From: Octopus vulgaris
Taxonomy: Eukaryota
NCBI GenBank assembly: GCA_951406725.2
Contig: OX597834.1
Coordinates: 39,948,001 to 40,072,000 of the forward strand
Direction: 5' to 3'
DNA length: 124,000 nt
Within the stretch, counting starts at the first letter, position 1. Each line of letters opens with the position of its first letter. The notes under the pieces were generated by a model. That model was not told the origin of the DNA. It saw nothing but the letters and a program-made list of their open reading frames with translations, and ran no database searches. The translations under genes were made by a program, and so were the position numbers. Shown here piece after piece: positions 14,823 to 29,185 of this stretch.

Positions 14823-15095
14823 AACATCATCATCATCGTTTAACGTCCGTTTTCCGCACTAGCACGGGTTGGACGGTTCGACCGGGGTCTGGGAAGCCAG
14901 GAGGCTGCACCAGGCTCCAGTCTGATCTAGCAGTGTTTCTACAGCTGGATGCCCTTCCTAATGCCAACCACTCTGCGAGTGTAGTGGGTGCTTTTTGCGT
15001 GCCACCAGCACAGGTGCCAGGGGAGTCTGGCAGCGGCCATGATCGGTTGGTGCTTTTAACGTGCCACCAGCACGGAAGCCAGTCAAGGCGGCGCT
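14823..15095 (-). mobile_element. 5'-truncated RTE LINE 3'UTR with (GAT)n tail
   Basis: Matches the 3'UTR of the RTE copy at 108270-109121. Confidence 0.85.
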
Positions 15096-15523
15096 AGCAT
15101 CATTATTATTATTATTGGTCAGCCCGAGGCTATAGCAGAAGACACTTGCCTGAAGTGTCATGCAATGGGACTGAACCCGGAACCATGCAGTTGGGAAGCA
15201 AGCTTCTTACCACACAGCCACACATACGCTAGACAAGAAGTTTGTTGTTGATACAATGATTAAACCGAGGGACTCCAGAGAAATTCCCCAGTGATTCATT
15301 GAGTCTGACTGCATTTTAAAGACATTAGAGAGTTCAGTAAGGGAGATGATCAAGGGAGCTTTATCGATCAGGCTTACTGACTAACAACACACAAGTTCTC
15401 TCAATTGGCTCCGACCTCTTTTGCTTTCCGGCAGAGAAAGGAAAAGCATCAAAAGATTATTGATCTCCATCACTGATAATATTAATGGTGTTAGTGATGT
15501 TGATTCATTCATGACTTCCTGCC

Positions 15524-15554
<31 letters not shown>

Positions 15555-15599
15555 CTTTTTCTTTTGATTTTTTTGTTGTTTCGTACTGTTAACAATTAC

Positions 15600-15655
<56 letters not shown>

Positions 15656-16049
15656 TATTTTATTATTATCATATGTCAACAAAACTCAGTTCTGTTGGTT
15701 TCAATAAACACTACTGTCTACTTTACTGGTCAGATATTATCAAGGTGGATTAAATGTTAGGGGGTTTTAAACACATGCGAACTTCATGGAATAAAAATAA
15801 AAAAGCTCAATGTTTTGTTTTTTATTTGTTATTGTTATTACTATCTTTTTCCTTTGTTTTTTTTTGTTTTTTTTTGTTTTTGCTTTTTTTCTTGCAGTTA
15901 GAGTATTTGTAGAGGTGAATAAGTATGTTGAATCAGAGAGGAGTATATGTTAAAGAGTACAGCAGCCAGTTAAACGTAATACAGTAGAGAAAACGTGGAA
16001 GATGGATGTATCATCATCATCATCATCATCATTGTTTTAATCTTTTGTC

Positions 16050-17140
16050 TTCTACCTTTTTCAGTCATTGAACTGTGGCCATACTGGGGCACTGCCTTGA
16101 AGGAGTTTAGTCAAACAAATCAAACCCAGTATTTATTTTTTTTTTTCATTTTTTTTTTTTAAAGTCTTATTCTAGCAGTCTCTTATGCTGAACTGAACTG
16201 AACTACTAAGTTACAGGGATGTAAACAAACCAACACCAGTTTTCAAGCAGTGGCAGTAGAGGAGGAGAGGGGCATTCACAAAGACACGCACACAGGCACA
16301 CACACACAAACCATCTTCATCATCATTTAACGTCTGTGTATATATTTATGTGGGTGTTTCTTTTGTGTCTGTGTTTGTCCCCTCGTCACAGCTCGACAAC
16401 AGCTGTTGGTTTGTTTACATCCCGATAACTTAACAGTTCAGCAAATGTTACTGATAGACTAAGTACGAAGCCTTAAAAAAAAAAGTCCTGGAGTTGATTT
16501 GTTCAACTAAAACCCTTGAAGGTGGTGCCCCAGCATGGTCGCAGTCACATGACTGAAACATGTAAAAGAATAAAAGAATATATACATGGGGTGACTATGT
16601 GCATGTTTGTTTCCTTGTCTTGACATCATGTGACAGTAATAAATTGGCTGTGTGGTAAGAAGCTTGCTTCCCAACCGCATGTTTCCAGGTTCAGTTCCAT
16701 TGCATGGCACCTTGGGTAAATGTCTTCTGCTATAGCCTTGGGCCAACCAAAGCCTTGTAAGTGGACTTGATAGACAAAAACTGAAAGAATCCCATCGTAT
16801 GTATGTATTGGCTGTCACTGTCATACAAGCAGTGTTGTTCACTTGGAATATTCAGTGACAACATGTCTAGCCATGGGGAAATATTACCTTACTTGGAAAC
16901 AAGTGAGGGTTAGCAACCGGAAGGGCATCCAACCACAGAAAAATCAGTCCTAATAAACTCAGTCTGACCTTTGCCAACATAGAAAAGTGAATATTCTTTT
17001 CTACTCTAGTCACAAGGCCTGAAATTTTGGGGGAAGGGACTAGTCAATTAGATCGACAACAGTACACAACTGGTACTTAATTTATCAACCCCAAAAGGAT
17101 GAAAGGCAAAGTCAACCTCAGTGAAAAGTGAATATTAAAA
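16050..17140. mobile_element. Cluster of family A SINE pieces (both strands), a second RTE-type tail and a family B piece
   Basis: Match to other copies in the window. Confidence 0.65.
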
Positions 17141-17157
17141 TGATGATGCATGGAATA

Positions 17158-17592
17158 TTAACCCTTCTGATATCAACCCACATGAAACTGCATCCAACTC
17201 TGTAGTAGAAATGTCTTGTTTCCAAAAGTTCTGAATTAAAATCTTCCACCAAACCTTAGTCACAATTTATGCTCCTAACACTAGCTTAATGATAACCAAG
17301 TTATTTTACTAAATTCTTTGTTATATTTAAAATTAATTGAAAGAAACACAGAGTATCTCAACAGAAATATGGCAACAAAAGGGTTAAAAAATATAATAGA
17401 GAAACAATTCTTTACCCTTTTGATACCAATCCACCTGAAACTACCGCGTGCTCTGTAGTACAAATGTCATGCTTTCAAATGTTCTGAATTAAAATCTTCC
17501 ACCAAACTTTAGTCACAATTTATGTTCCTAACACTAGCTGAATGATAACTAAGTTATTTTACTAAATAGAAATATGGTAACAAAAGGGTTAA
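17158..17592. mobile_element. Two tandem piggyBac-like MITE copies
   Basis: Reverse-complement homology to 12599-12819; AAAGGGTTAA ends. Confidence 0.8.
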
Positions 17593-17629
17593 ATATGTTA
17601 GCAGTGACTTGGCTATTCTGTTTTCAGGC

Positions 17630-18060
17630 AACAACATCCCTGGGTAATTGTTTAGCAATCACTCCTGTAAATAACGGTGCTGCTATGCCAGTCACTAATG
17701 GCGCCGTTCTATCAGTTGTTAATGGTGCTGCCATACCAATCAATGTAGATCACTAGAAATGCAGAAAGCAGAATGCATTCAACACCAAGCGAGTGCAAGC
17801 ATGCATCAATGCCTTTCATGTTATCATACCTAGATATAATGGTACTGCTGTATATAAGTCATTAACGGTGCCGCTATGTCAGGTAACACCTCTCCCTGAT
17901 ACCCAGAACAATTTCATTAATTAAGTGAAGAGCTGGTGCATCTCCCAACCTTAACCTGCAGTAATCAGCATCTTGGCAACAATACCTGAAGCTTTCCCTG
18001 AATTTAGATGTTTAATTATCGTACTCAATAACACCTGATGCGATTTCTATAGGTAGTTTC
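17630..18060 (-). pseudogene. Degenerate LINE (RTE-like) reverse-transcriptase N-terminal fragment
   Basis: Frameshifted TIKHLNSGKASGIVAKMLITAG and repeated DW(H/Y)SST(V/I)-like segments, resembling the KSGKA..AEMLK and PxDWxxS motifs. Confidence 0.45.
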
Positions 18061-19104
18061 TCTGGAGATAGAAAAAGAATGAAGGAAAGAAAAGAGCAAA
18101 TCTGATATTTCATGTTGTGAATAAATCTTCTGTATTTCATGAGCTGAATAGGTGGAATAATACATCATAGACGTTAGGACTTTTCAGAAAAGGTGAAATA
18201 AATTACTATGGAATTTTTGTTGGAATATCTATCTAACTCAAAACCAGAAAAAGTTACCTGTGGAATCCACAAGGCACAGGTGTGACTGTGTGATTAAGAA
18301 GTTCTCTTTCCGACCACATAGTTGCAGGTTCAATCCCACTGCGTGACACCCAGAGCAAGTGTCTTTCCTTATGGCATTAGGCTGTCCAAAACTTTGTGAA
18401 CAGATTTGGTAGAAGGAGACTGAAAGAAGCCTATCATATATACCTCATCATCTTCATCATTTAGCATTTGTTTTCCATGCCTATATGAGTTGGATGGTTT
18501 GATATAGAGCTGGCCAGTCAGGGAGATGTCCAGACCCCAAATGTCTGTTGTGGCATGATTTCTACAGCTGGATGCCCTTCCAAATGCCAGCCACTTTACA
18601 GGGTGTACATGGGTGCGTTTATGCAGCTTTCACACAAGTGCATTTTATGTGACACTAGCACCTGTAGGACAAGCATACATACATACATACATATACCTAT
18701 GTGTGGCTTTGTGTCTGTGATTGTCCTCCACACCGCCTGACAACCAGTATGGGTGTGTTTACATCCCTGTAATTTAGCACTCTGGCAAAACGAGACTGAC
18801 AGAATAAATACCAGGATTAAGAAGAAGAAAAACTAAGTATTGAGGGTAGATTTGTTCAACTACAAACTCTTCAAGGTGGTGCTCCAGCATGGCCACAGTT
18901 TAATGACTAAAACAAATAAAATTAAACAACATCACCTAATGCAGCACAATAAGGTTGTCTGACAGTCTTTGGACTCAAATGAGTTAATTGGGGTCATGGC
19001 ACTAGTTTGTGCCCTATTGAGACACATGTGTAGTGCCATTGTTTATCCAAAAATCAGGACAGACCAAAACATGTGGCATTGTTGAGTAGTCACAGCTCTG
19101 GTAC

Positions 19105-19465
19105 TATGTGGAGGGGCAATGGCCCAGTGGTTAGGGCAGCGAACTCACATTCATAGGATCGCAGTTTCAATTCCCAGACCGGGCATTGTGTGTTTATTGA
19201 GCAAAAATACCTAAAGCTCCATGTGGCTCCAGCAGAGGATGGTGCCAAACCCTGCTGTACTCTTTCACCACAACTTTCTCTCACTCTTTCTTCCTGTTTC
19301 CGTTGTGCCTGTAATTCAAAGGGCCAGCCTTGTCACACTCTCTCATGCTGAATATCCTCCAAGAACTATATTAAGGATCTTGCACGTTAATCTCACGAGC
19401 AGGCTGTTCCGTTGATCGGATCAACTGGAACCCTTGTCGTCGTACGTGACGGAGTGCCAACACTA
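19105..19465 (+). mobile_element. tRNA-derived SINE, head C + X tail
   Basis: Near-identical to 120050-120430. Confidence 0.85.
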
Positions 19466-19559
19466 TGGACATGTGATTAGAATGTCGCAGGAAAGAATCC
19501 CAAGACGGATTCTTTAGCTGAGTCAACCGGCAGAAGACCTGGAGGTAGACCAATAATGA

Positions 19560-19875
19560 GAAGGCGGCAAGCTGGCAGAACTGTTAGCACGCCAGGCGAA
19601 ATCCTTAGCGGTATTTCGTCTGCTGCTACGTTCTAAGTTCAAATTCCGCCGAGGTCAACTGTGTTTTGCCCCTTGTGAGTAGTAAAGAAATAGGTATTTC
19701 GTCTGCCACTATGTTCTGAGTTCAAATTCCACCGAGGTCGACTTTGCCTTTCATTCTTTCGCAGTTGATTAAATAAGTACCAGTTACACACTGGGGTCGA
19801 TATAATCGACTTAATCCATTTGTCTGTCCTTGTTTGTCCCCTCTGTGTTTAGCCCCCAGTGGGCAGTAAAGAAAT
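19560..19875 (+). mobile_element. Family B SINE dimer (first unit internally deleted)
   Basis: aagaaatag|gtatttcgtctgcc junction. Confidence 0.8.
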
Positions 19876-20317
19876 GAGATGGCTGGATAATAAAATATGT
19901 ATACTGAGTCCCAGTTGGTCATGCCTGGGAATCCAGCCAGAAAATTGTAATGACTGTCATTTCTAATAGAACCACATGGAGAAGGTGCCGAGGGCTCTAC
20001 CCATACAATATTCCCAAAAGTAGTGGGCGGAGAAGATGGCTGTGTGAATGCATGGATGGATGGATGGATGTCATTTATTCATAAACCACACGGTATTGGT
20101 ACTGAAGTAGTAATTATTGTAAAGTCATTAATTAATGTATCATTACGTAAATGAGTTGTGTTGGTCACAAGTTTTTAGTAATTTTTTCATGACTTTCATG
20201 GACAATTTGGTCGAGAAAGAGAGATGGGAGGGAAAGATGTGGGGGAGAGCAAGAAGGGAGGAGAGAATACAGTGAATACAGATGAATTGTTAAATTACAA
20301 TGAAACAGCATTAACTA

Positions 20318-20361
<44 letters not shown>

Positions 20362-20599
20362 TAGTATTAGTTGCACTGGTATAAATTATTTACAACAAAA
20401 GGTAATTAAAGTTACTAAACAATTAATACAATAGAGACACCCTCCACCCCAACTCACCTACCTCCCACGCCCACACACACGCACACACACTCTTAGCATG
20501 TCATCACATTTGTGAGCAGGGGGGGGGGGTTGTGTGTGGGTATTATTGTATTCAACAAATGAATAGCTGGGATTATCAGCAACACATTTTCATGGCAAC

Positions 20600-20912
20600 A
20601 CAAGAGAGAGAGAGAGATAGAGAGAGAACGAATGAGAGAGAGAGAGAGAATGAGAGAGAGAGAGAATGAGAGAGAGAGAGAACGAGAGAGGGAGAGAGAA
20701 CGAGAGAGAGAGAGAACGAGAGAGAGAGAGGGAGAGAACGAGAGAGAGAGAGAACGAGAGAGAGAGAGAATGAGAGATGAGAGAGGGAACGAGAGAGAGA
20801 GAGAACGAGAGAGAGAGAATGAGAGATGAGAGAGGGAACGAGAGAGAGAGAGAGGGAACGAGAGAGAAAGAGAGAGAGAGAAAGAGAGAGAATGAGAGAA
20901 AGAGAGAGAATG

Positions 20913-20964
<52 letters not shown>

Positions 20965-21035
20965 AGAGAGAGAGAGAGAACGAGAGAGAGAACAAGAGAG
21001 AGAGAGAGAGAGAACGAGAGAGAGAGAGAGAGTTT
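20600..21035 (+). repeat. (GA)n compound microsatellite
   Basis: Direct reading. Confidence 0.95.
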
Positions 21036-21358
21036 TTAAAGAAGAAGAGAGAAAAGCAAAATGACCGACCAACAAGTTGTACAGTAAAAGCTTGCTTTTA
21101 TATTTTCTGGTAACAAGTTTATTGATTCCGGTTGTTTCTCGCTGTGTGTGGTCTCTGGTGAAGCAGTGGTGGGGTGGCTTTTATCTTTGTGTTCAGTGTG
21201 TACACATAGATACAGAGATATCTAGATACAAAGACACAGACACACACACAGACACACACGCACACACACACACACATATATATATAATACATACATGTAT
21301 ATATGTGTGTGTTTGTGTGTGTAGACAGACAGGCCTAGAGATATTTATGCATACACAA

Positions 21359-21406
<48 letters not shown>

Positions 21407-21533
21407 GTGTGTGTATAGGATGACAGACAGACATATATAGACATGTGTGCATACATGAATATACATACATACATGTGCATAGAAACAGACATATGCGTAC
21501 AAATATGCATTCATATACGGTTATATGTGTACA

Positions 21534-21618
<85 letters not shown>

Positions 21619-21802
21619 TAAAAGAAAGAGACAGATAGATGGACGGACAGACAGAAGAAGAGGGAGTGTCAATAAATTAAGAATTTTTTGCAGACATCAT
21701 TTAGTACATTAATTTTGAATTTAATTAACAAGGTTCCTGGCATTGGCCTATTTGAATTATTTCCCTTTGCTCTTTTTATATCTAATTATCAAAATTAAGT
21801 GC

Positions 21803-22090
21803 ATGGCTTAATGATTAAGGTATTTGGCCCATGATCATAAGGTTATGAACTGTCTCCTTGAGCAAGACATTTCATTTTTCATCGCTCCTGTCCACTCAGT
21901 TGGCAAAAATGAATCATACCTGTAATTCACAGGGGGCCAGCCTCATCACACTCTGTGTCATGCTGAATCTCCCTGAGAACTACGTTAAGGGTACATTTGT
22001 GTCTGTGGAGTACTCAGCCACTTTCATGTTAACTTCACGAGTAGGGTGTTCTGTTGATAGGATCAACTGGAACCCTCGTCCTCGTGACAG
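21803..22090 (+). mobile_element. tRNA-derived SINE, head K + X tail
   Basis: Head like 45626; tail like 19300-19465. Confidence 0.7.
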
Positions 22091-22189
22091 ATGGAGGGTC
22101 AGTTTTATTACAAAAAAAACAAAAGATAAACCATCAACTGAATCATTCAGACAGTGCTGTTCATCAACAGTGTTTCAAAACATGCTCTT

Positions 22190-22580
22190 TTACTCTTTTC
22201 AGTCACGTGACTGTGGCCATGCTGGAGTACCGCCTTTTAGTCGAGCAAATCGGCCCCAAGACTTATTCTTTGTAAGCCAAGTACTTACTCTATCGGTCTC
22301 TTTTGCCAAACTGCTAAGTTACAGGGACGTAAACACACCAACATCGGTTGTCAAGCAATGTTGGGGGGACAAACACAGACACATAAACACACACACACAC
22401 ACATATATATACATATAAACGATGGGCTTCTTTCAGTTTCTGTCTACCAAATCCACTCACAAGGCTTTGGTCAGCCCAAGGCTATAATAGAAGACACTTG
22501 CCCAAGGTGCCACGCAGTGAGACTGAACCTAGAACTATGTGGTTAGTAAGCAAGCTACTTACCACACAGCCACTCCTGAG
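22190..22580 (-). mobile_element. Family A SINE, near full length
   Basis: Match to family A copies. Confidence 0.85.
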
Positions 22581-22618
<38 letters not shown>

Positions 22619-22658
22619 GAGAGAGAGAGAGAGAGAGAACGCTGCGTATATGTGCATA

Positions 22659-22702
<44 letters not shown>

Positions 22703-23836
22703 AAAATGGAGATATAGCATTAATATAATTTTTTATCTGCAAAAATCCAATATGTTTTCTTACAGCTGTTTCAATTAAGCCTAAAAGATTACATAGCAAT
22801 AATTTAATCATTATAACAGGCAAAATCTCATCAGAGAGTTAGAAAAGATATGCTGTTAGATTATTAGGTGTTGTGTTATTGAATCATCACAGCAGACTTC
22901 TTCAATTGTTGTATATTAAGTCTATTCACAAGGCTATGGTTAGTCTGGGTTATAGTAGAAGACACTTTGTCCAAGGTGCCACACATGAGGATTGAACCCA
23001 AAACTACATGGTTGCAAACCAAGCTTCTTAACCTCACAGCCATGCCTGTCCCTCTAGCCGAGAATAACTAAATATGTCAGAGAAATTGTAAAAGCTGAGA
23101 TAATGCAAAGAGTTTGACAGAGAAAGACATTATAATGGAGATCTGGTGTATTCTATGATTTTCGTGTAAAAATGGTTTTGATTTTATTCCTGCTAATGTA
23201 GCAAGAATTGGTAAAAAAAAAACAAAGAAAGATTTCTCTGCGAATATAGAATTTGCTATGTACAACAACGAAATAATCTAAAGAAAAATACTAACAACAA
23301 CAACAGCTGCTATTACAACCACCATGATGACAATAACAACAACAAGACCCATAACAACGACAATAATGTCGACAACCACAACGACAGCCGTGATTGTAGT
23401 AATTATGTTAAGTAATGATTATGAGGTTAAAAGCACCTCTGAAACACAGCAGAGAACAAGACAGAGGTGGAGGGGGAGAGAAGGGGGAGTGGAGAGAGAA
23501 GGAGAAAGAGAAGCTGTTTAGCTGAGTCTCTTCTGAGGGGTGTTAAGAGAGGAGGGAGGTAGAGGGAGGGAATGGGGAGAGGAGAGAGAGCGAGAGAGAG
23601 AGAGAGGGTGGGAGAATGTGTTTGGAGATGTGGTGAGAGTGATGGAGTCTGTGTTTAATTACAATCTGTTATGATGACAGAGAGAGAGGAAGAGAGAAAA
23701 AGAAAGGAGAGAAGGGAGGAAATATGGAGAGAAAAGAGGGGTGGATAGAGAGAAAGAGAGAAATAGAGAAAGATAGAAAAGAGATGGAGAAAAAAGAGGA
23801 GAGATAGAAAGAGAGAAAGAGAGAGAGAGAAAGAGA

Positions 23837-23884
<48 letters not shown>

Positions 23885-24689
23885 GGAGAGAAAGAGAGAC
23901 AGACAGACAGAGAGAGGAGAGGAGAGAGAGATAGAGAGGAGAGAGAAAGAGAGGAGAGAGATAAATAGAGAAAGGAGGGACAGAGAGATAAAGAGAGGAG
24001 AGATAGAAGGTGGAAGGGAGGGAAGGAGAAGAGAGCCGAGTGAGAGAAGTGTAGAAATTTGCAAGAAAACAAAAGTGAAAGTGGGTGGGGGGAGGGATGC
24101 GTGTGTCTCCTATCAAAAGGATAAGTTACAGCAAGAGGGTGGTGGGCATGGGGGTGGAGAGGCAAAGAGTCTCTAATATGAAGTGAAAGGGTGTGACAGG
24201 GTGGTGATGGGGGAGGAGGTGGAGTGGAGCGGGGAGTCACATAGGAGTATGGGGGTGGGGGTAGCATGGGTGTGTGTGGGGGTTTCCGTTAAGGGTAATG
24301 GCAGGGGGTTCGTGGTGGTGGGGTGACTTGTGGTGTGTGCAGAGAGCAAGAAAGGGACCAGAATTAATCAGGTGATGGAGGAAAGCAATAGAAATTCTTG
24401 GAGAAATATAACTAGATATGGGGGGGGAAGGGGAGTTAAGGGGGTGGTGGGTTGGAAGGGTGATTAAAATGAGATTGAAGAGACTAGGGACAGACAGACA
24501 GACAGAGAGAGAGAGAGAGAGATAAAGAGTTGAAAAGAGTAAAAAAAAAGAAATGAAGAAAAAAATAACGAGAAAAAATAAAAAGGTAAAAGAATTTTGG
24601 TAAGAGGAATTTTGATAAAATAACTCCATGATGGAGGTAGATTTAACTCAAAGACAGGGGAATCTATCTCCACGACAGAGGAACACAAC

Positions 24690-25965
24690 TGCTTGGTGGA
24701 GGATCATAAGGTGCATGATGGGGGAACATGACTGCATGATGGAGGAATATAACATGAAAGGGAGCACAACTGCATGACAGGGAAACACAGCTGCATGATG
24801 GGGGAACACAGCTGCACAACGGGGGAACACAGCTGCATGACAAGGAAACAGCTGTATGATGGGGGAACATAGCTGCATGATGGGGGAACATGACTGCATG
24901 ATGGAGGAACATAACATGATAGGGAGCACAACTGCATGACAGGGAAACACAGCTGCATGATGGGGGAACACAGCTGCACAACGGGGGAACACAGCTGCAT
25001 GCCAAGGAAACAGCTGTATGATGGGGGAACATAGCTGCATGATGGGGGAACATGACTGCATGATGGAGGAACATAACATGATAGGGAGCACAACTGCATG
25101 ACAGGGGAACACAGCTGCATGATGGGGGAACACAGCTGCACAACGGGGGAACACAGCTGCATGACAAGGAAACAGCTGTATGATGGGGGAACATAGCTGC
25201 ATGATGGGGGAACATGACTGCATGATGGAGGAATATAACATGATAGGGAGCACAACTGCATGACAGGGAAACACAGCTGCATGATGGGGGAACACAGCTG
25301 CACAACGGGGGAACACAGCTGCATGACAAGGAAACAGCTGTATGATGGGGGAACATAGCTGCATGATGGGGGAACATGACTGCATGATGGAGGAATATAA
25401 CATGATAGGGAGCACAACTGCATGACAGGGGAACACAGCTGCATGATGGGGGAACACAGCTGCACAACGGGGGAACACAGCTGCATGACAAGGAAACAGC
25501 TGTATGATGGGGGAACATAGCTGCATGATGGGGGAACATGACTGCATGATGGAGGAATATAACATGATAGGGAGCACAACTGCATGACAGGGAAACACAG
25601 CTGCATGATGGGGGAACACAGCTGCACAACGGGGAACACAGCTGCATGACAAGGAAACAGCTGTATGATGGGGGAACATAGCTGCATGATGGGGGAACAT
25701 GACTGCATGATGGAGGAATATAACATGATAGGGAGCACAACTGCATGACAGGGGAACACAGCTGCATGATGGGGGAACACAGCTGCACAACGGGGAACAC
25801 AGCTGCATGACAAGGAAACAGCTGTATGATGGGGGAACATAGCTGCATGATGGGGGAACATGACTGCATGATGGAGGAATATAACATGAAAGGGAGCACA
25901 ACTGCATGACAGGGGAACAGCTGCATGATGGAGGAATAGCTGTATGGTGGGGGAACATGACTGCA
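24690..25965. repeat. 162-bp higher-order minisatellite (about 8 units) built from ~22-bp GGGGGAACAC/TAGCTGCATGA subunits
   Basis: The ggaggaa(t/c)ataacatga marker recurs at 24741, 24903 and 25065 (period 162). Confidence 0.93.
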
Positions 25966-26042
25966 TGACCAATATCTACAAAAATGATACAAAGATTTAA
26001 TGTTGCTGTTGCCCTAGTAGTAGTAGTAGTAGTAGTAGTAGT

Positions 26043-26077
<35 letters not shown>

Positions 26078-26080
26078 TAA

Positions 26081-26120
<40 letters not shown>

Positions 26121-27149
26121 TGCTGTTGTTGTTGTTGTTCTGCTTGTTTACACTGCAACAGACACAGATGACTGATACCTGTTCAGAAATTTCACCAGTA
26201 AAGAGAGAGACATCTAGATTTTAAAGAGAGAACAGACACAGTATGGCTTTGAAATGCACAAAAGCAAATATTTTCACTCTTGTTAAGCTGTTTTTTTGCA
26301 AACCATTGCAAAGAAAATATCAGAAGAATTCCGAACAGAGACTCCAGTTCGTAATGCAAACTGCAGAAACTTCTCTTATAATCGGTCCTTGTCTCCATAC
26401 ATAAACATCTTGAGAAGACAGCATTACTTGACAGGAATTCCATCACAGAATTGTCTCCATTCGTTCTTCGGTGTATTATGACAGCACTAAGTATATAAAT
26501 GGACATCTGTGTTGTGTTTATATATGACAAAGGAAATGATTCTATCGTGGTCATTACCACGAACAACATCGTCAGTTTAATGTCCTCTTTTCCAGACTTG
26601 CATGGGTTGGACAGAATTTATTGAGGCAGATTTTTCTATGGCTTGATGCCCTTCTAGTTGCTAACCCTTACCTGTTTCCAATCAAGGTAATATTTCCTAG
26701 ACATGTTATGTTTTCACAGAGTAATGGAAATGAATGACAACCATTTCCAACAACCATGTGATTTCAAGACAAGGAGACACACACACACAAACATTATCTT
26801 ACATACACAAACACATATTTCTTGCTGCTATAGACACAAGGCTTGATATTTTCAGTGGAGGGGATAATCAATTCCATCAACATCAGTGCTGAACTGGTAC
26901 TAATTTCGTTGACCCCAAAAGAATAAAAGCCAAATTTGAACTTGATTGAATTTGAACTCAAAACATAAAGACAGATGAAATGTTACTAAGCATTGTGTCT
27001 GGAGTGATAACGACCCTGCCAGCTCCACAGTGATCGATAAAAAATTATTTATTTATAGGTTAAGTCCACCATTGGTTTCATGTTAAGAGAAAGCCCTTAA
27101 CAATTATCAAGCCTGCCACATGGAACATTGGTGTTTGATGTTTGTCTCC

Positions 27150-27186
<37 letters not shown>

Positions 27187-27817
27187 CACACACAGATATA
27201 TACATATATAAGACAAGCGTCTTCCAGTTTCCGTTGACCAAATCCACTCACAAGGTATTGGTCAGCCTGAAACTATAGTAGAAGACACTTGCCCAAGGTG
27301 CCATGCAGTGGGACTGAACCTGGTACTATGTGGTTGGGAAGCAAGCTTCTTACCACACAGCCAAGCTGGCACCTATTAGAAAATAATTTTACAAATATTT
27401 TCTTATTTGTGAGAAGAAAAGAAAAATTTATCTTACATAAAAATTCTTTAAATCATTTTACTACCAAAATTCACAGAATTTTATTAGAATTTAGTCAATG
27501 TGCAACAGATAGTGAAAGGAAAACCCCAGTTCTTGCAGCAGTAACAGGGAACTTTGTTCTTGCTTCACGTTACCAAGTTTTTATAAAAACATACGGCTGG
27601 AGGCTTCGTACATCCGCAAAATAATGATAAATCATACCCCCGCCTCTCTTTAATGTCTGAGAGATGCAATGTAACACCAGAATATCATTGCTGAGTATCG
27701 CTTTCCTCTTCTCTTCCAGTTATCTACTGTAGGGAATTTAGAATTGCAGGGATCGAGTGTTTAGTCACTTTGTTTTTGAAGTCATCAGGGTTATCCTGAC
27801 CTTTCTGGGAGAAGATA

Positions 27818-27871
<54 letters not shown>

Positions 27872-27939
27872 GACAGGCTTTTTTCGGTTTCCACCCAACG
27901 GATCTATTCACAGGGCTTTAATCAGCTATATTCTTTTAT

Positions 27940-28330
27940 TCTTTTATTCCTTTACTTGTTTCAGTCATTCAACTGTGGCCATGCTGGAGCACCACATTTA
28001 GTCGAAGAAATTGACCCCAGGACTTATTCTTTGCAAGCCTAGTACTTATTGTATCAGTCTTTTGCCGAACTGCTAAGTTATGGGGGCGTAAATACACCAA
28101 CATCAGTTGTCAAGCGATGGTGGTAGGGACAAACAGACACACAAACATATACATATATATACATATATACAACGGGCTTCTTTCAGTTTCCATCTATCAA
28201 GTCCACTCACAAGGCTTTGGTCGGTCTAAGGCTATAGTAGAAGACACTTACCCAAGGGGCCACGCAGTGGGACTGAACCTGGAACCATGTGGTCGGTAAG
28301 CAAGCTACTTACCACACAACCAAACCTGCA
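27940..28330 (-). mobile_element. Family A SINE
   Basis: Match to family A copies. Confidence 0.85.
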
Positions 28331-28344
28331 CTATATATATATAT

Positions 28345-28670
28345 ACATGGCTTAGTGGTTAGGATGGTTAGCTCACAATCATAAGGTCCTGAGTTCAATA
28401 CATGGTGGTGTGATGTGTCCTTGAGCAAGACATTTCATTTTTCATCGCTCCTGTCCACTCACTTGGCAAAAATGAGTAGTACCAGTAATTCAAAGGGGGG
28501 TCAGCCTTATCCTATACCCTGTCACCCTGAATCCCCCTGAGAACTACTTTAAGGGTACACATGTCTGTGGAGTACTCAGCCACTTGCATGTTAATTTCAC
28601 AAGGAGGCTTTCCCATTGATCCAACCAAGTAGTACAGTCATCGTCATAACCAATGGAGTGCCAGCAGTTT
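28345..28670 (+). mobile_element. tRNA-derived SINE, head K + X tail
   Basis: catggcttagtggttagg...ttgagcaagacatttcat followed by ccctgagaactactttaagggtacac. Confidence 0.75.
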
Positions 28671-28974
28671 AAATACATTCATAAATGTGAGTGTGTGTAT
28701 GTGTGTACCCTTGTTTAGACATCACACAAGGGTTGTAAATGTGGTCGTACAGTACAAGTGAGGGGGTTTATTTGCAATCTTCTATAAAAAAAAAAAACAT
28801 GTCTGGCCATGGGGAAATATTACCTTGCTTAGAAACAGATAAGGGTTAGTGACAGGAAGGGCATCCAGCTTTAGAAAAAATCCCTCTCAACAAATTCTTT
28901 CTGACCCATGTCGACACAAGAAAGTGAAAGTAAGATGATTATGACGATGATGATGATGACAATGTTGCTGCTGC

Positions 28975-29185
28975 TGTTGTTGTTGTTAAGCAACAAGACA
29001 GGTAAGGGTGATTAGGTGATGGTCTAGGGCTTAGGGGTGAGAGACCCCAGACCTTGGGAAAAAAAAAAAACTTTGGTCGTCTTGTTGTAGTCCAGGGCTC
29101 CTCGTTGACGCCCTGGGAGGTGACCCTCGATTTCGCTGGAAATGGAGATCTCCAGGTCCAAATTCTTGAACGGCTGCTGCTGCTG
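28975..29185 (-). mobile_element. Unclassified ~200-bp dispersed repeat flanked by (CAG)/(CAA) triplets
   Basis: Reverse complement of 75520-75725. Confidence 0.8.

Noticed and set aside
21858-22418. 186-aa ORF
   Set aside because: Read-through across two different SINEs.
24648-25992. Three overlapping 422-442-aa ORFs
   Set aside because: Product of a 162-bp tandem repeat without stop codons; not annotated as CDS (kept as a finding).
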